Shown: positions 19,830 through 29,909, numbered from the stretch's first letter. The stretch: DNA of 64,000 nucleotides from Devosia sp. (GCA_016713105.1 JADJPS010000020.1:62278-126277), one strand, 5' to 3'. The notes: generated by a model not told the origin, from the sequence alone. Numbers and translations are program-made.

Positions 19830-20459
19830 CTAAAGCACAATCACCTTGGCGCCAATTTTCACCCGCGCGTAGAGGTCTTCGACGTCGTCATTGACCATCC
19901 GGATGCAGCCCGAGGAGACGTCCTGGCCGATCGACCAGGGCTCGTTGGTGCCGTGGATGCGATAGAGCGTCGAGCCGATATAGATGGCCCGCGCGCCCAG
20001 CGGGTTGTTGGGTCCGCCGGGCATGTAGTCGGGCAGCCCGGGCTTGCGCCGTTTCATTTCCTCGGGCGGGGTCCAGCCCGGCCACTCGCGCTTGTTGGAC
20101 ACGCGATGCGTGCCGCTCCACTCAAAGCCGTCGCGCGCCGTGCCGATGCCGTAGCGCAGCGCCCTGCCGCTGCCGAGCACCAGGTAGAGGTATTTCTGCC
20201 CGGTCACCACGACGATCGTACCCGGCTGCTGGTCGGTGTCGTAGGGCACCACCTGCCGCATGAAACGGGCGTCGAGGCGGACCTTGCCGGTCTTGAGCTG
20301 CAGCGCATTGCGCGGCTTGCCGCTGGTCGTCGACATGCCCGGCGGCGGCTCGAACAGGAACCGGGCGGCCTGTGCCGTCTCGGCAAGCAAGGACGTGCTC
20401 AGCATGAGGGCGCCACCGAGCAGCAGGGTGCGATAGGAACGCAACATCACAACACTCAC
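19830..20459 (-). CDS. L,D-transpeptidase (YkuD/ErfK family)
   Basis: ALRYGIGT, WPGWTPP, PNNPLGARAIY, YRIHGTNEPWSIGQDVSSGCIRM. Confidence 0.93.
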   Translation of the reverse strand: MSVVMLRSYRTLLLGGALMLSTSLLAETAQAARFLFEPPPGMSTTSGKPRNALQLKTGKVRLDARFMRQVVPYDTDQQPGTIVVVTGQKYLYLVLGSGRALRYGIGTARDGFEWSGTHRVSNKREWPGWTPPEEMKRRKPGLPDYMPGGPNNPLGARAIYIGSTLYRIHGTNEPWSIGQDVSSGCIRMVNDDVEDLYARVKIGAKVIVL

Positions 20460-20611
20460 AGATCAAGGCCCGCGACTGACGGGCGATACGCGAATATTGA
20501 ATAAAATGCCCAACGTACAGTGAAGTGATGTGGTTAAGCAGCGGTGTGCCGTCTTGGTTAACTCCGCGTTATTTGGGCGGCCGAGCCGTTCCACGGAGGG
20601 GGAGCGGCGAT

Positions 20612-20920
20612 GTGGCACCGACGAGTTCAGCCAGGAGGCCTCTCGTCAGAACGGAGAGAACGACGAGGGGGGACCCCAAGGACCCCGCGAGCCGGATCGA
20701 AAGCAACGGCCTTGAGCAGGTTCACGAGCCCTACATAAAGCACCTTGAGGGACCGCTCTGGGAAATGCGCATGAAGGGTCGCGATGGCATCGCCAGGGCG
20801 GCTTATGTATCGGCGGTTGGACGGCGTGTTGTGGTCGTTCGGGTCTTTGCGAAAAAGACGCAGAAGACGCCCCGCCGTGAAATCGAACTGGCCCTGAAAA
20901 GGGCGAAGGAGGTCAAATGA
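20612..20920 (+). CDS. RelE/HigB-type toxin (phage Gp49-like), N-terminus atypical and start uncertain
   Basis: IESNGLEQVHEPYIKHLEGPLWEMRMKGRDGIARAAY...VFAKKTQKTPRREIELALKR; stop overlaps the antitoxin start (ATGA). Confidence 0.75.
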   Translation: MAPTSSARRPLVRTERTTRGDPKDPASRIESNGLEQVHEPYIKHLEGPLWEMRMKGRDGIARAAYVSAVGRRVVVVRVFAKKTQKTPRREIELALKRAKEVK

Positions 20921-21231
20921 CTCGCAAGACTATCCCCGTCGAAGAGGCGGCAAAGGAGTGGTTCAAGGACCCTGAATTCAGAACCGCTTACGATGAACTC
21001 GAAGAGGAGTTTGCCCTTGCGGGCGCACTCATTGAAGCACGCGCCGCGGCCGATATGACTCAGCAGGATGTTGCTGAGGCAATGGGTACAACCCAGGCAG
21101 TTGTTGCGCGCCTCGAAAGCGGACGCGGCATGCCATCAACACGCACGCTCAAGCGTTTCGCCACGGCAACGCGTACACGCCTTCGGATCAGCTTCGAGCC
21201 CGATGAACCGAACACTCCTGCTGGCCAGTAG
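20917..21231 (+). CDS. XRE-family HTH antitoxin (HigA-like)
   Basis: ARAAADMTQQDVAEAMGTTQAVVARLESGRGMPSTRTLKRFA; coupled to the toxin. Confidence 0.9.
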   Translation: MTRKTIPVEEAAKEWFKDPEFRTAYDELEEEFALAGALIEARAAADMTQQDVAEAMGTTQAVVARLESGRGMPSTRTLKRFATATRTRLRISFEPDEPNTPAGQ

Positions 21232-21302
21232 CAAAGCACCATCAGTGCGCCCCTTCGAGGGTCAAGCTGCCCCTCATCGCAGTGACCTTCTTCAGCGCTG
21301 GA

Positions 21303-21749
21303 CTAAAGGAAGATCCTGGCCTGGGCATCCCCGGACACCGCATCGGGCGGCAGGTCCCAGCCGTGCGGCAGCAGCCGCCCCAGCACGCTGCCCACCTGCG
21401 CGGCGGTGAACGGCTTGGTCAGCACCTCGGTGCTGCCCAGTTGCCGCGCCCGCGCGATCGTCTCGCGGTTGGGATAGGCCGTCATCACGATCACCGGCGC
21501 CGCGCCGTTGGCCCCGAAGCGGGGATCGCGCATCACCTGCAGCAGCGCCGCCCCGTTCATCTCGGGCATGTACCAGTCGAGCAGCACCACGTCGTAGCGA
21601 TTGGCCAGCAGCGAGCCGACCGCCATGGCGCCGCCGTCGACCTCGACAATGTTGGTGAGCCCCAGCTTGCGCAGGGTTGCGGAAGCCGCCGCCCGCGCAT
21701 AGGCATTGTCGTCAACGATCAGCGCCGACAGCTTGTCCGGAACGATCAC
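21303..21749 (-). CDS. Single-domain response regulator (CheY-like)
   Basis: LIVDD, VLLDWYMPEMNG, VMTA, VLTKPF. Confidence 0.92.
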   Translation of the reverse strand: MIVPDKLSALIVDDNAYARAAASATLRKLGLTNIVEVDGGAMAVGSLLANRYDVVLLDWYMPEMNGAALLQVMRDPRFGANGAAPVIVMTAYPNRETIARARQLGSTEVLTKPFTAAQVGSVLGRLLPHGWDLPPDAVSGDAQARIFL

Positions 21750-21806
21750 TGGCTTCAGCCCCCCGCCGAATCGCCGCGTCGCGCAACTATTGACGGTGAC
21801 CTTTCG

Positions 21807-22429
21807 ATGTCAACTTCGGACCAACAGATCCGCTGCAGCTGGGCCGGCAGCGACCCGCTCTACGTGCACTATCACGATCGGGAATGGGGGCGGCCGGTCA
21901 CCGATGATGCGCGCCTGTTCGAGAAGCTGTGCCTCGAGGGCTTCCAGTCGGGTCTCGCCTGGATCACCATCCTCAGGAAGCGCGATAATTTCCGCGCCGC
22001 CTTCCAGGGCTTCGATATCGCCGTTGTCGCCGCCATGGGCGAGGCCGACATCGAGCGGCTGCTGGCGATGCCGGCATCGTCCGGCACCGCGGCAAGATCG
22101 CCTCGACCATCAACAACGCGCAACGCACACTCGAGATCCAGCGCGAGTTCGGCTCGCTTGCCGCCTATATCTGGAGTTTCGAGCCTGACGGCGGCGGCAC
22201 CGACACGGCGCCCGGTCCGATCCCCTCCGAGACGGACGCCTCGCGCGCCCTCAGCAAGGACCTGCGCCGGCGCGGCTTCAGCTTCGTCGGCCCGACCACG
22301 TGCTACGCCTTCATGCAGGCCATGGGCCTCGTCAACGATCACGCGGAGGCGTGCTGCTGCCGCGCCGGGGTCGAGGCCGAACGCGCCGCGCTTTCGCGCC
22401 CGGCGGGGCCGATGGCCGATAGGCGATAG
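21807..22429 (+). CDS. tag: DNA-3-methyladenine glycosylase I, 1-nt frameshift near 22069
   Basis: RCSWA..DPLY..YHDREWG, LEGFQSGLAWITILRKR; after the shift GIVRHRGKIAS...GFSFVGPTTCYAFMQAMGLVNDH. Confidence 0.9.
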
Positions 22430-22436
22430 CCCCGGC

Positions 22437-22577
22437 TCAGGGGCGGTAGAGCAGCAGCATCAGCAGCGCCAGCCGCGAGAGCGGGGGCAACCCCTCGTCG
22501 CGGCTTTCCCTTCGTGGCGCCCGGCGCGGCCGCTGGGGCTGGCGAGGGGCGGCAGTATCGTCTCCTGGCAATGGCAT
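22437..22577 (-). CDS. 46-aa small protein with Arg/Pro-rich N-part and hydrophobic C-end
   Basis: MPLPGDDTAAPRQPQRPRRAPRRESRDEGLPPLSRLALLMLLLYRP; preceded by the same SD-hairpin-AUG element as the two upstream genes. Confidence 0.55.
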   Translation of the reverse strand: MPLPGDDTAAPRQPQRPRRAPRRESRDEGLPPLSRLALLMLLLYRP

Positions 22578-22686
22578 GGTCGGTCCGGCGCTTCGGGCGT
22601 CCGGCTCCCTGGGATGATCGGAAGTTTGATGGCAAGGTCAGGACCCGCCCCGGCGGTGCGGTGCGGGTCCTGCGAGGCAGGCGCGG

Positions 22687-22909
22687 TCAGCGCCCGATAT
22701 CGGGCGGCAGCCCGATATCCCTGAGCAGGTGCGGCGACAGCTGGGCCGCACTGCCGGCCCGGTAGGGCCGCAGCGTGCGCCGCAGCAGCGCGTTCGCCCG
22801 CCGCTTGAGCAGGTACAGTCGGATGAGCGCGAGGAGTCCGCGGCGGATCTCGTGCTCGCTGAGTTTCGAAGGCCCGCGTCATCTCGCGGTCCCTGAAGAT
22901 CAGAATCAT
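22687..22909 (-). CDS. DUF1127-like small protein 2, probable extra A at 22864-22866
   Basis: Removing one A gives MILIFRDREMTRAFELSEHEIRRGLLALIRLYLLKRRANALLRRTLRPYRAGSAAQLSPHLLRDIGLPPDIGR (73 aa); LSPHLLRDIGL is the DUF1127 core motif. Confidence 0.7.
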
Positions 22910-22976
22910 GGCCGTGTCCGGGAATCTCCCGGTCCTCTGGCGATTGGGGCGGAACCTGCGGCAGGCGGACGGCCGC

Positions 22977-23216
22977 CTACCGGTAGTCCCAGTGACATCG
23001 GGGCTCCAGCACCTCGGGCATCAGCCCCAGGTCGCGCCGCAGGTGCGCGGGGACGGGCGGAGAGCCGCGGGAGCGGTGGTGGCGCGTCTCCCGCGCCGGC
23101 CGGGCGTTGGCCAGCATCGTCACGATGGCCGAGACCACGGCACCGGCGATGCCGGCATGGGCGTGCGAAGCACGGTTCACCCGTGCCGGCGCACGGGCGT
23201 CGAGATTGAGAGTCAT
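22977..23216 (-). CDS. DUF1127-like small protein 1 (79 aa)
   Basis: MTLNLDARAP...Arg-rich segment...PAHLRRDLGLMP. Confidence 0.7.
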   Translation of the reverse strand: MTLNLDARAPARVNRASHAHAGIAGAVVSAIVTMLANARPARETRHHRSRGSPPVPAHLRRDLGLMPEVLEPRCHWDYR

Positions 23217-23345
23217 GGTATCGTCCGGACACCTGTCGCGGGTCCGGTCCTCTGTTGTCGGAAGGCGGGATGGCAACAGGCTTCGGGCGCAGGACGCACG
23301 AAGGCGAAGCCGGTCAGGTCAGGTCGTGAGGCCAGGAGGGGCTGG

Positions 23346-23366
23346 AAGAAGACCCGCAAGCGGGTC
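23346..23366 (-). terminator. Putative attenuator terminator after the leader ORF
   Basis: Minus strand GACCCGC-TT-GCGGGTC followed by TTCTT, starting 8 nt after the leader stop. Confidence 0.55.
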
Positions 23367-23374
23367 GGCGCGCA

Positions 23375-23437
23375 TCAGGCGCGACGAAGTCCAGCACTGC
23401 AGACGCCGGGACCGGAGACGTGAACGAATTTGATCAT
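23375..23437 (-). CDS. 20-aa leader peptide (uORF) MIKFVHVSGPGVCSAGLRRA
   Basis: Strong GGGAGG SD 7 nt before ATG; follows a predicted promoter; followed by competing hairpins. Confidence 0.65.
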   Translation of the reverse strand: MIKFVHVSGPGVCSAGLRRA

Positions 23438-23475
23438 TGGTTCGCCTCCCTTGCCGTTGGCGTTGAACAGGGGTG

Positions 23476-23536
23476 CTGATAGCCCGACTCGCGCGCCGTG
23501 CCAACCCCGCATGCGACAGCCTGCCGCAGCTCATGC
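23476..23536 (-). promoter_or_regulatory. Sigma70-type promoter with upstream inverted repeat for the leader/DUF1127 operon
   Basis: -35 TTGGCA (23499-23504), 17 nt spacer, -10 TATCAG (23476-23481); GCATG-N18-CATGC at 23509-23536. Confidence 0.45.
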
Positions 23537-23636
23537 GTCAGTGTTGCCGCTTCGACACAGGTCACTTCCTTGAGTCGCAGGGGGCTTTCCGTTAGGAACC
23601 AGCCACAGATTCCGCGCACGAACCAGCAAGCAGACA

Positions 23637-25127
23637 ATGACCGACAAGAAGAAGCTCATCGCGCCGCGACTGCCGCGCGGCTTCGAAGATCGTCTGCCCG
23701 TCGACATCGCCGCCATCGACCGGATGGTGGCGAAGATCCGCCAGGTCTACGAGCGCTACGGCTTCGACCCGGTCGAGACGCCGCTGTTCGAGTATACCGA
23801 GACGCTCGGCAAGTTCCTGCCCGATACCGATCGGCCCAATGCGGGCGTGTTTTCGCTGCAGGACGACGACGAACATTGGCTGAGCCTGCGCTACGACCTC
23901 ACCGCGCCGCTCGCCCGGCATTTTGCCGAGCACTTCGACAAGCTGCCCAAGCCCTATCGCAGCTATCGGGCCGGCTATGTCTTCCGCAACGAGAAGCCCG
24001 GTCCGGGGCGGTTCCGCCAGTTCATGCAGTTCGACGCCGACACGGTCGGGGCCGCCGGCCCCGAGGCCGATGCCGAGATGTGCATGATGATGGCCGACAC
24101 CATGGATGCGCTCGGCCTCGCCGGCAAGTACGTGGTCAAGGTGAACAGTCGCAAGGTGCTGGACGGGGTGCTCGAGAGCGTCCGGCTCGCCGCCGATCCT
24201 GCCCGCAGCCTCGTGGTGCTGCGCGCCATCGACAAGCTGGACCGGCTCGGCACCGAAGGCGTGGCCCAGCTGCTCGGGCCGGGGCGCCGGGACGAGAGCG
24301 GCGACTTCACCGCCGGCGCCCACCTGACGCCCGAGGATGTGGCGAAGGTGCTGCGCTACGTGCGCGCTGAGGACGAGGGCGACCCGCTGTTCGTGCGGCT
24401 GTCCGGGCTCGTGGCCGGCACCACCCGCGGCACCCAGGGTGTCGAGGAGCTGAGGGCCATGGAGGCGCTGTTCCTTGCCGGCGGCTATGGCCCCGATCGC
24501 ATCCGCATCGACTCCTCGGTGGTGCGCGGGCTCGAATACTACACCGGCCCCGTGTTCGAGATCGAACTCACCTTCGCGGTGCAGAACGAGAAGGGCCAGG
24601 ACGTGGTGTTCGGCTCGGTGGGCGGTGGCGGCCGCTATGATGGTCTGGTGTCGCGCTTCCGGTCCGAGCCGGTGCCGGCAACCGGCTTCTCGATCGGCGT
24701 GTCGCGCCTTGCCAATGCGCTCAAGCTCACCGGCAACATGCCATCGAGCGAGCCGGTGGGCCCGGTCGTGGTGCTCGTGCTCGACAAGGACCAGACCCCC
24801 CGCTACCAGCAGATCACCGCGCGCCTGCGCAACGCCGGCATCCGGGCCGAGATGTTCATGGGCGCGAGCAGGAATTTCGGCAAGCAGGTGGCCTATGCCG
24901 ACAAGCGCAACGCCCCGGCGGTGATCATCGAGGGCAGCGACGAGCGGGCGCGCGGCGTCGTGCAGATCAAGGACCTCATCGCCGGCAAGGAGGCGGCTCG
25001 CGCCATCACCGACAATGCCGAGTGGAAGGCGGAGCGTCCCGGCCAGTTCGAGTGCGCCGATGCCGAGATCGTCGGCCGGATCGCGGCGCTGCCGGCCGTC
25101 CGCGCCTATCTGGACGACGGCAAGTGA
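23637..25127 (+). CDS. hisS: Histidine--tRNA ligase
   Basis: [57 protein letters not shown]. Confidence 0.97.
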   Translation: MTDKKKLIAPRLPRGFEDRLPVDIAAIDRMVAKIRQVYERYGFDPVETPLFEYTETLGKFLPDTDRPNAGVFSLQDDDEHWLSLRYDLTAPLARHFAEHFDKLPKPYRSYRAGYVFRNEKPGPGRFRQFMQFDADTVGAAGPEADAEMCMMMADTMDALGLAGKYVVKVNSRKVLDGVLESVRLAADPARSLVVLRAIDKLDRLGTEGVAQLLGPGRRDESGDFTAGAHLTPEDVAKVLRYVRAEDEGDPLFVRLSGLVAGTTRGTQGVEELRAMEALFLAGGYGPDRIRIDSSVVRGLEYYTGPVFEIELTFAVQNEKGQDVVFGSVGGGGRYDGLVSRFRSEPVPATGFSIGVSRLANALKLTGNMPSSEPVGPVVVLVLDKDQTPRYQQITARLRNAGIRAEMFMGASRNFGKQVAYADKRNAPAVIIEGSDERARGVVQIKDLIAGKEAARAITDNAEWKAERPGQFECADAEIVGRIAALPAVRAYLDDGK

Positions 25128-26209
25128 AGACAGCGTCCGAGCGCTATGCGGCACTGGTGCGGCTGGTCGAGTCACGGACCGTGACGCGCGCCGAGCCGCC
25201 GCTGCTGCTGCCGGCCGCACCCTATTTCGACCTCGCCGGCGAGGAGTTCGGCCGCAACCTGCTGCTGACGACCACCAATAACGGCGTCGAGTACTGCCTC
25301 AGGCCCGACTTCACCCTGCCCATCGCCCAGCAATATCTCGAGGAGGGGCTGATCGGGGTGCCGTCGGCCTTCACCTATCTCGGCCCGATCTTCCGCCAGC
25401 TCGCCTCGACGCCGGTGGAGTTCGAGCAGGCCGGCCTCGAACTGCTGGGGCAGGCCGAGTCCGATCAGGCCCTCGACCAGGTCCTGACCTTCGCCCGCTG
25501 GGCCCTCGCGATCTACGACATCACCGCGCCCAATGTCCGGTTCGGCGGGGTCGGGCTGTTCGAGGCCTTCCTCGAGGCGGCCAATGTGCCGCCGGCCTGG
25601 CGCAGCCGCATCCGGCACCGTTTCGGCCATCCCGAGGCCCTGCAGCGGCTGATGGAACGCCTCGCCAACCCCGAGGAGCGGGTCACCGCGCCCGCCCCCG
25701 ACAGCCGCGATACCGTCATCGAGATCGTCACCGACGCCATGCTCTCGGGCGGTCTCAGCCTGATCGGCAGCCGCACCCCCGAGGAGATCGCCGACCGCTA
25801 TCTCGAGAAGCAGGCGCTGGACGCCGCACCGGTTCCCGCCGAGACGGTGGCGCTGCTGCAGGACTATCTCTCGGTTGCCGAGAGCGCCGAGTCGGCCTTC
25901 GTCCGGATCAGTTCGCTCTGCCACGAGGCCGGCTTCGATTTCGACGAGCCGCTGGGCCAGGTGCGCAACCATGCCGCGGCGCTGGCGGCGCTGTCGCCCA
26001 GTGCCGATGTCATCTTCGATGCCAGCTTCTCCCCGCGCCTCGACTACTATACCGGCATCGTCTTCGAGATGACCGGCAGCGATGGCGAGGTTCTCGCCTC
26101 GGGAGGCGAGTACGGCCGCATGCTGGAGCGCCTGGGAGCGCCCGAGCCGGTCAGCGCCTCCGGCTGCGCGCTGTGGGTCGATCGGCTGGAGCGGGAGGCG
26201 AACCTGTGA
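25124..26209 (+). CDS. hisZ: ATP phosphoribosyltransferase regulatory subunit
   Basis: [37 protein letters not shown]; GTG overlaps the hisS stop. Confidence 0.92.
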   Translation: MKTASERYAALVRLVESRTVTRAEPPLLLPAAPYFDLAGEEFGRNLLLTTTNNGVEYCLRPDFTLPIAQQYLEEGLIGVPSAFTYLGPIFRQLASTPVEFEQAGLELLGQAESDQALDQVLTFARWALAIYDITAPNVRFGGVGLFEAFLEAANVPPAWRSRIRHRFGHPEALQRLMERLANPEERVTAPAPDSRDTVIEIVTDAMLSGGLSLIGSRTPEEIADRYLEKQALDAAPVPAETVALLQDYLSVAESAESAFVRISSLCHEAGFDFDEPLGQVRNHAAALAALSPSADVIFDASFSPRLDYYTGIVFEMTGSDGEVLASGGEYGRMLERLGAPEPVSASGCALWVDRLEREANL

Positions 26210-26940
26210 GCACGGTACCCGGTGGCCTCACCCTCGCAGTCCCCTCCAAGGGCCGTCTCGAGGAACTGACGCGCAAGACCTTCTCGTCCTCGCGCCTCAC
26301 CATCGCGCGCCCGGGCGGCGCCCGCTCCTACATCGGCTCGATCAAGAACCAGCCGCAGGTGACCGTCCGCTTCTACCCGGCCGCCGAGATCGCCCGCGAG
26401 TTGATCCTGGGCGGCGTCGACATCGGGGTCACCGGGACCGACCTGATCCACGAGGCGTCCGAAAACGGCGAGGAGAACGTGCTGTTCGTCCGCGGCCTCG
26501 GCTTCGGCGAGGCCGACGTGGTGGTGGCGGTACCCGATTCGTGGATCGACGTGCAGCAGATGAGCGACCTCGCCGACGTCGCCTCCGACTTCCGGGCCCG
26601 GCACGGCCGCTGGCTGCGCGTCGCCACCAAGTACGTCAACCTCACCCGCCGCCAGTTCGCCAAGTACGGCATCGCCGAATACCGCATCGTCGAGAGCGCC
26701 GGCGCCACCGAGGCGGCACCGGCCGCAGGGTCCGCCGACCTCATCGTCGACATCACCTCCAGCGGCTCGACGCTGCAGGCCAACCAGCTCCGCATCCTCG
26801 AGGACGGGCTGATCATGAAGTCCGAGGCCAATCTCATCGTCTCGCGCACCGCCGACTGGACCCCTCTCAGGAAGGCCCAGCTCGAGGCGCTGCTGTCGAT
26901 CATGGGCGGCGTTCCGCCCGGCATCTCGACGCTGCTGTAG
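26206..26940 (+). CDS. hisG: ATP phosphoribosyltransferase (short form)
   Basis: LAVPSKGRL, DIGVTGTD, LGFGEADVVVA, RVATKY, GATE...ADLIVDITSSGSTLQANQL. Confidence 0.95.
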   Translation: MSTVPGGLTLAVPSKGRLEELTRKTFSSSRLTIARPGGARSYIGSIKNQPQVTVRFYPAAEIARELILGGVDIGVTGTDLIHEASENGEENVLFVRGLGFGEADVVVAVPDSWIDVQQMSDLADVASDFRARHGRWLRVATKYVNLTRRQFAKYGIAEYRIVESAGATEAAPAAGSADLIVDITSSGSTLQANQLRILEDGLIMKSEANLIVSRTADWTPLRKAQLEALLSIMGGVPPGISTLL

Positions 26941-26952
26941 CCGCGAGGCCCC

Positions 26953-27705
26953 GTGGAACTCGAGCTGACGACGCTGGTCGCCCTGGGGGTGGTGGGGATG
27001 CTGGCCGGCTTCGTCGATGCCATCGCCGGTGGCGGCGGGTTGATCGCCGTGCCGGCGCTGCTCTCGGCGGGGCTGCCGCCGGTCGTCGCGTTCGGCACCA
27101 ACAAGGTGCAGTCGGTGATCGGCACCGCCATGGCGGCGTTCACCTACTGGCGCGGCGGCTACGTCTCGCTGCCGCCGCTGGCGCCGGGGGTAGTCCTGAC
27201 CTTCCTCGGCGCCTTCCTCGGCGCCCTGGTGGTCAAGTCCATCGATACGACCATCCTGTCTGTTGCCGTGCCGGCGGCGCTCATCCTCATCGCCGCCTAC
27301 TTCTCCCTGGCGCCCCGGCTCAGCGACGCCGACCGCCACGCCCGCCTGTCCTTCTCGGCCTTCGTGCCGGTGATGGGCTTCGGCATCGGCTTTTACGACG
27401 GCATCTTCGGGCCGGGGACCGGGTCCTTCCTGACCATGGGCTTCGTGACGCTGTTCGGGCTGGGACTGACCCGGGCGGCAGGGCACACCAAGGTCCTCAA
27501 CCTCGTCTCGAACCTGGGGGCGCTGGCCCTGTTCATCCCGTCGGGCGACGTGGTGTGGAGCGCCGCCATCGCCATGGCGATCGGTCAGCTCGCCGGCGGC
27601 TATCTGGGCGCGAGGATCGGCATCCGCTTCGGCGCGCGCCTGATCCGGCCGCTGGTGGTGATCGTCTCGATCATCCTGGCGCTGCGCCTGCTGGTGTTTC
27701 GCTAG
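26953..27705 (+). CDS. TSUP (TauE/SafE, YfcA-like) family transporter
   Basis: AGFVDAIAGGGGLI, GTNKVQS, GFYDGIFGPGTGSF. Confidence 0.92.
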   Translation: MELELTTLVALGVVGMLAGFVDAIAGGGGLIAVPALLSAGLPPVVAFGTNKVQSVIGTAMAAFTYWRGGYVSLPPLAPGVVLTFLGAFLGALVVKSIDTTILSVAVPAALILIAAYFSLAPRLSDADRHARLSFSAFVPVMGFGIGFYDGIFGPGTGSFLTMGFVTLFGLGLTRAAGHTKVLNLVSNLGALALFIPSGDVVWSAAIAMAIGQLAGGYLGARIGIRFGARLIRPLVVIVSIILALRLLVFR

Positions 27706-27910
27706 CCGGATCCTCCCAGTCGGTCACCCTGCCGGAAAGCCGCGTGCGCACCTGGGCCCCGAGGCGCTGCCGCTGCGCGGCGCTCGTGGCGGGCCAGCCG
27801 ACATAGTACTCGGTCGAAAGAAAGCTCAGGAATGCGTCGCGCAGCTGCGGGTCGGACCGCCAGTGGCCGGCCCGGGCGAAGGCCTCGTGCAGCACCCGAC
27901 ACCTGGTCAT
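27671..27910 (-). CDS. Hypothetical protein (79 aa)
   Basis: High-GC3 codon usage; LRDAFLSFLSTEYYVGWPA; overlaps the TSUP 3' end by 35 nt. Confidence 0.45.
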   Translation of the reverse strand: MTRCRVLHEAFARAGHWRSDPQLRDAFLSFLSTEYYVGWPATSAAQRQRLGAQVRTRLSGRVTDWEDPASETPAGAAPG

Positions 27911-27957
27911 GCCCCGCTTGTCGCCAAGCCGCTCGAGGCTGGCAAGCGGGCAAACGA

Positions 27958-27982
27958 AAGGGCGGCCCAGCGGACCGCCCTC
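27958..27982 (-). terminator. Probable intrinsic terminator downstream of groESL
   Basis: Minus strand AGGGCGGTCC-GCTG-GGCCGCCCT followed by TTCGTTT. Confidence 0.55.
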
Positions 27983-28048
27983 CCGTTCGTGACCTCTGGA
28001 GAGGTCGGATGTCGCTGGCGAGACCGGAAGGCAAGGTGGGCGAGTGCG

Positions 28049-28096
28049 CCCCCTCCACCAGCTTCGCTGGTCCCCCCCCCGCTACGCGGGGGAGGA
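28049..28096. repeat. Rhizobial REP/RIME-like double-hairpin repeat
   Basis: CCCCTCCACCAGCTTCGCTGGTCCCCC...CGCTACGCGGGGGAGG. Confidence 0.7.
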
Positions 28097-28253
28097 TAGA
28101 CAAGCAGCCCATGCCGCCATTTCGGGCCGGCTTGACCGGCCCGAACACCCTGAGTGATGGGCGGCTTTGTGGACCTAGAAGTCCATGCAGCCGCTTCGGG
28201 CCGGCTTGGCCGGCCCGAACACCCTTGGTGATGGGCGGCTCGGATGGACTTCC

Positions 28254-28254
<1 letters not shown>
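28097..28254. repeat. Two tandem structured units (46-nt core, 74-nt offset) directly after the groEL stop
   Basis: Core TTCGGGCCGGCTTG(A/G)CCGGCCCGAACACCCT..GTGATGGGCGGCT at 28121-28166 and 28195-28240. Confidence 0.85.

Positions 28255-29909
<1,655 letters not shown>

Noticed and set aside
20500-20700. ncRNA upstream of the HigB-like toxin
   Set aside because: No recognisable conserved structure; better explained as promoter region plus a damaged toxin 5' end
17417-21300. Genomic islet integrated at tRNA-His
   Set aside because: Accessory-looking genes follow the tRNA, but I found no duplicated tRNA 3' end (attR) and no integrase
22460-22909. 149-aa ORF from the track as a real protein
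   Set aside because: After residue 15 it is low-information sequence, while the adjacent frame encodes a clear DUF1127 motif and stop
23300-23345. A complete cuckoo sRNA array
   Set aside because: Only one C-rich loop (CCCCCTC), not the repeated CCUCCUCCC modules; kept only as a weak lead in findings
23491-23504. Sigma54 promoter (TGGCAC) upstream of the leader ORF
   Set aside because: The -12 TTGC element is missing (GGCGCGCG follows); the same bases fit better as a sigma70 -35
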